IMG/VR virus record: IMGVR_UViG_2703718859_000024
Length of the DNA stretch: 7,944 nucleotides
Strand: one strand, 5' to 3'
From: a virus
Lineage: Duplodnaviria; Heunggongvirae; Uroviricota; Caudoviricetes
A program made the position numbers and the translations under genes. The notes under the pieces were generated by a model. That model saw only the letters and a program-made list of their open reading frames with translations, made no database searches and was not told the DNA's origin. Numbering within the stretch: the stretch's first letter is position 1; each line of letters begins with the position of its first letter. Positions 5,778-7,944 of this stretch are shown here, piece after piece.

Positions 5778-6674
5778 TCAGTCGTCAACGTCTGCAAGCC
5801 ACTTACCAACAGATGAAGGGGTTGCGCCAATTTCAACCCCTGCTTTGGTTAGTGCGCGGCTTAACTTGCTGTGACCGTTCTCAAGCGCTCTTCTTGGGTT
5901 TGCTGCCTCTTCTTCTCCGGCTATGGCGGTGATTAGTCTTTTGATAACTCTGGCCTGAAGATTGGTTGTTTTCTTACTCTGCGAATGCGACAAGGCGTGT
6001 TTATCTGAAAAATCCTTTACCATATCTCCTGGTTGTCTGCCGCCGTTCATTACTATTTTTATCTCTTCTTTTGAGATGAAAATGTCACTAATATTTATTG
6101 TTTTGCCATATAAATTTATTGTTATCTTTGGTTCTTTTCCTTTATCTGCTATAACGATGCGTCGCACATAACAATCTGTGACGTCATTTGATAGATTCTC
6201 TATATCAATGCTTGTATTAAATACCTGTAAAAGTCCTGAAGCCACAACCCTGATTTTATGTGGTAACTGTGTTCTGATTTTTCTTTGTTTATATCCATGA
6301 TAGTTGTATATAAAAATATCTGTTTCAGAATAACCGCCACAGCAATTAAAAAATATCTTTTCCGTTAGCTGTTCTTCATCGGTTATTATTTTTTCACCAA
6401 AAGATGAGGATTCAAGTAATTTTAATATGTCGGTTGCTCTGATGAATACGCCTTCATCATTTTCATAATAATAATCTGATGCTGATACACTATTAAATGC
6501 GTTTTTATAATTATGTAATGTCAAAACCTCGTCTATGTGATGACGGTACCAAAAACACATCTTCCCTGTAGCGATGAAGTGAATCAAATCATCAACGTCA
6601 CACCCAAGCCTTCTGGCTGCCTTGTCTAACGGGTAATAATCCCTTTCAGGAAGGTTTATCTTTTTGTTTGTCAT
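5778..6674 (-). CDS. Hypothetical protein, 298 aa, with helix-turn-helix-like N-terminal segment; A+T-rich 5' two-thirds, ordinary-GC 3' end
   Basis: ATG at 6674-6672 lies 4 nt downstream of the integrase stop, on the same strand; stop TGA at 5780-5778. Residues ~13-38 (YYPLDKAARRLGCDVDDLIHFIATGKM) fit an HTH pattern. Hand counts of 60-nt stretches inside 6000-6360 give roughly 25-40% G+C, versus ~50% or more in neighbouring genes. I recognise no family for it. Confidence 0.6.
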   Translation of the reverse strand: MTNKKINLPERDYYPLDKAARRLGCDVDDLIHFIATGKMCFWYRHHIDEVLTLHNYKNAFNSVSASDYYYENDEGVFIRATDILKLLESSSFGEKIITDEEQLTEKIFFNCCGGYSETDIFIYNYHGYKQRKIRTQLPHKIRVVASGLLQVFNTSIDIENLSNDVTDCYVRRIVIADKGKEPKITINLYGKTINISDIFISKEEIKIVMNGGRQPGDMVKDFSDKHALSHSQSKKTTNLQARVIKRLITAIAGEEEAANPRRALENGHSKLSRALTKAGVEIGATPSSVGKWLADVDD

Positions 6675-6678
6675 GCCC

Positions 6679-7944
6679 TTAACCGTTAACCATTTTTAAC
6701 CCACGATAGCCACCTGTGGCGCTTACGCTCCCGCTTGCGGCTGCCTCTACAAAATTCCCCCACCACGCCATTAACGGGCGTCGCTGCTCGAGATAGGTTG
6801 AGCGGTTGTACGCGCGGCGAACCTCGTTTTTGTCTATGTGTGACAATGCCGCCTCGATTACGTCAGAGTCAAAACCTTGCTCGTTAAGTGCGGTACTTGC
6901 TATTGAGCGCAAGCCATGAGCAACCAGCCGCCGACCAAAACCCATGCGTTTTATTGCTGCGTTTGCTGTTTGTGTGCACATAGGGCGCTGCGGGTCGCTG
7001 TTGTGTGGAAATATAAACTCACGATGCCCGCTTATTGGCTTCATGACATCCAGAATGGCTAACGCCTGCTTTGAGAGTGGTATTACGTGTTCCCTGCGTT
7101 GTTTAAGTCTGTGCTCTGGTATGCGCCATTCCTTCGCCTCAAAATCAATCTCACACCAGCGCGCGCCAGCTGCTTCACCTGGTCGGCAAATTGTCAGTAA
7201 CTGCCACTCAATAACCAGCCGCGTTTGTCGTTCCACTCGTGCCGTTGCCAGCTTCTGCATAAAATCGGGGAGTTCTTCAGGGCGTATTGCTGGCATGTTC
7301 TTAGCGCTCGGCGCGTTAAATGCCTTGTTTATCTGTGATGCCGCATTCGCGGTAATCATTCCGGTATTAACGGCGTAATACATGACCTCATTGATTCGCT
7401 GCGCCGTTCTTCTGACGGTATCTAATTTCCCCTGGGCGGCTAATGGTTTTAATGCTTCGATGAAGTTGCTTGCGATCAGGTCTGCTACTGGTCTGTTGCC
7501 GACTGACGGGAATACATTACGCTCCAGCGAGCGCCATGTATCGCGTAGTGTGCCTTCTGCGAGTCCTTGCCCTTTTTTAAGTTCAAACCAAAGCGTAGCT
7601 ACATGCCTGAAGGTGTTCTCTCTCTTCATCACTTCACTAAGGCGCTGTTTCTCTCTGTGCTCTTTTGGGTCAATGCCACCAGAAAGAAGCGCCCTGTATT
7701 CGTCTTTTATCTTTCGCGCGCCCGCAATGCTTATTTCTGGATATGCGCCAATGCTTAACATGGCCCGTTTTTTTGTGTGTGGCTTGTAGTAGCGGTAACG
7801 CCACAAGCAAGAGGCGCTTTTGTGCTTAATCACCAGTTCCAGCCCTTCGCCGTCAGTGATGAAAAGGTCCTTTTTTTCGTTGCTGGCTTTTCGCTGGAGG
7901 CTTTTTATCGCTGCTGGTGATAAGGACTTAGTTTTTTTGGTCAC
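6679..7944 (-). CDS. int: Tyrosine recombinase, P4-family phage integrase; first codon GTG lies on the window edge, so the N-terminus may continue beyond the window
   Basis: 421-aa minus-strand ORF ending in TAA at 6679-6681. C-terminal catalytic region shows box I arginine (ICRPGEAAGARWCEID), box II HGLRSIASTAL...LSH and the tyrosine-bearing RRAYNRSTY. N-terminal region (GEGLELVIKHKSASCLWRYRYY...IGAYPEISIAGARKIKDEY) looks like the arm-binding domain of P4-type integrases. Confidence 0.9.
   Translation of the reverse strand: MTKKTKSLSPAAIKSLQRKASNEKKDLFITDGEGLELVIKHKSASCLWRYRYYKPHTKKRAMLSIGAYPEISIAGARKIKDEYRALLSGGIDPKEHREKQRLSEVMKRENTFRHVATLWFELKKGQGLAEGTLRDTWRSLERNVFPSVGNRPVADLIASNFIEALKPLAAQGKLDTVRRTAQRINEVMYYAVNTGMITANAASQINKAFNAPSAKNMPAIRPEELPDFMQKLATARVERQTRLVIEWQLLTICRPGEAAGARWCEIDFEAKEWRIPEHRLKQRREHVIPLSKQALAILDVMKPISGHREFIFPHNSDPQRPMCTQTANAAIKRMGFGRRLVAHGLRSIASTALNEQGFDSDVIEAALSHIDKNEVRRAYNRSTYLEQRRPLMAWWGNFVEAAASGSVSATGGYRGLKMVNG

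Noticed and set aside
5778-5960. R-x5-H (RALENGH) in the C-terminus of the 298-aa protein as a possible HEPN nuclease motif
   Set aside because: A single Rx4-6H occurrence is expected by chance in a protein this size and there is no supporting HEPN-like context; not reportable without a profile match.

Overview
The window reads as the interior and one end of a compact integrative mobile element of the P4-integrase / satellite (PICI-like) kind, with every credible gene on the minus strand. From right to left: a P4-type tyrosine integrase (its first codon sits on the window edge), an A+T-rich 298-aa gene of unknown function, an AlpA-family regulator, a tandem pair of diverged paralogous genes plus two small unknown genes, a replication protein with a RecA-fold ATPase domain, an iteron-rich putative origin, an SSB with the canonical DDIPF tail, a small unknown gene, and a Mor/C-family activator. 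The left ~420 bp is non-coding and repeat-dense: a near-perfect 28-bp direct repeat resembling a tRNA T-arm/acceptor 3' end, a tRNA-like cloverleaf, and a 10-bp-phased TTTCAC array. No capsid, terminase, CRISPR or rRNA genes are present. I could not assign the window to a named defence system; the best candidates for something undescribed are the 298-aa gene beside the integrase and the paralog pair. All functional calls rest on motifs I recognised by eye, with no database search.
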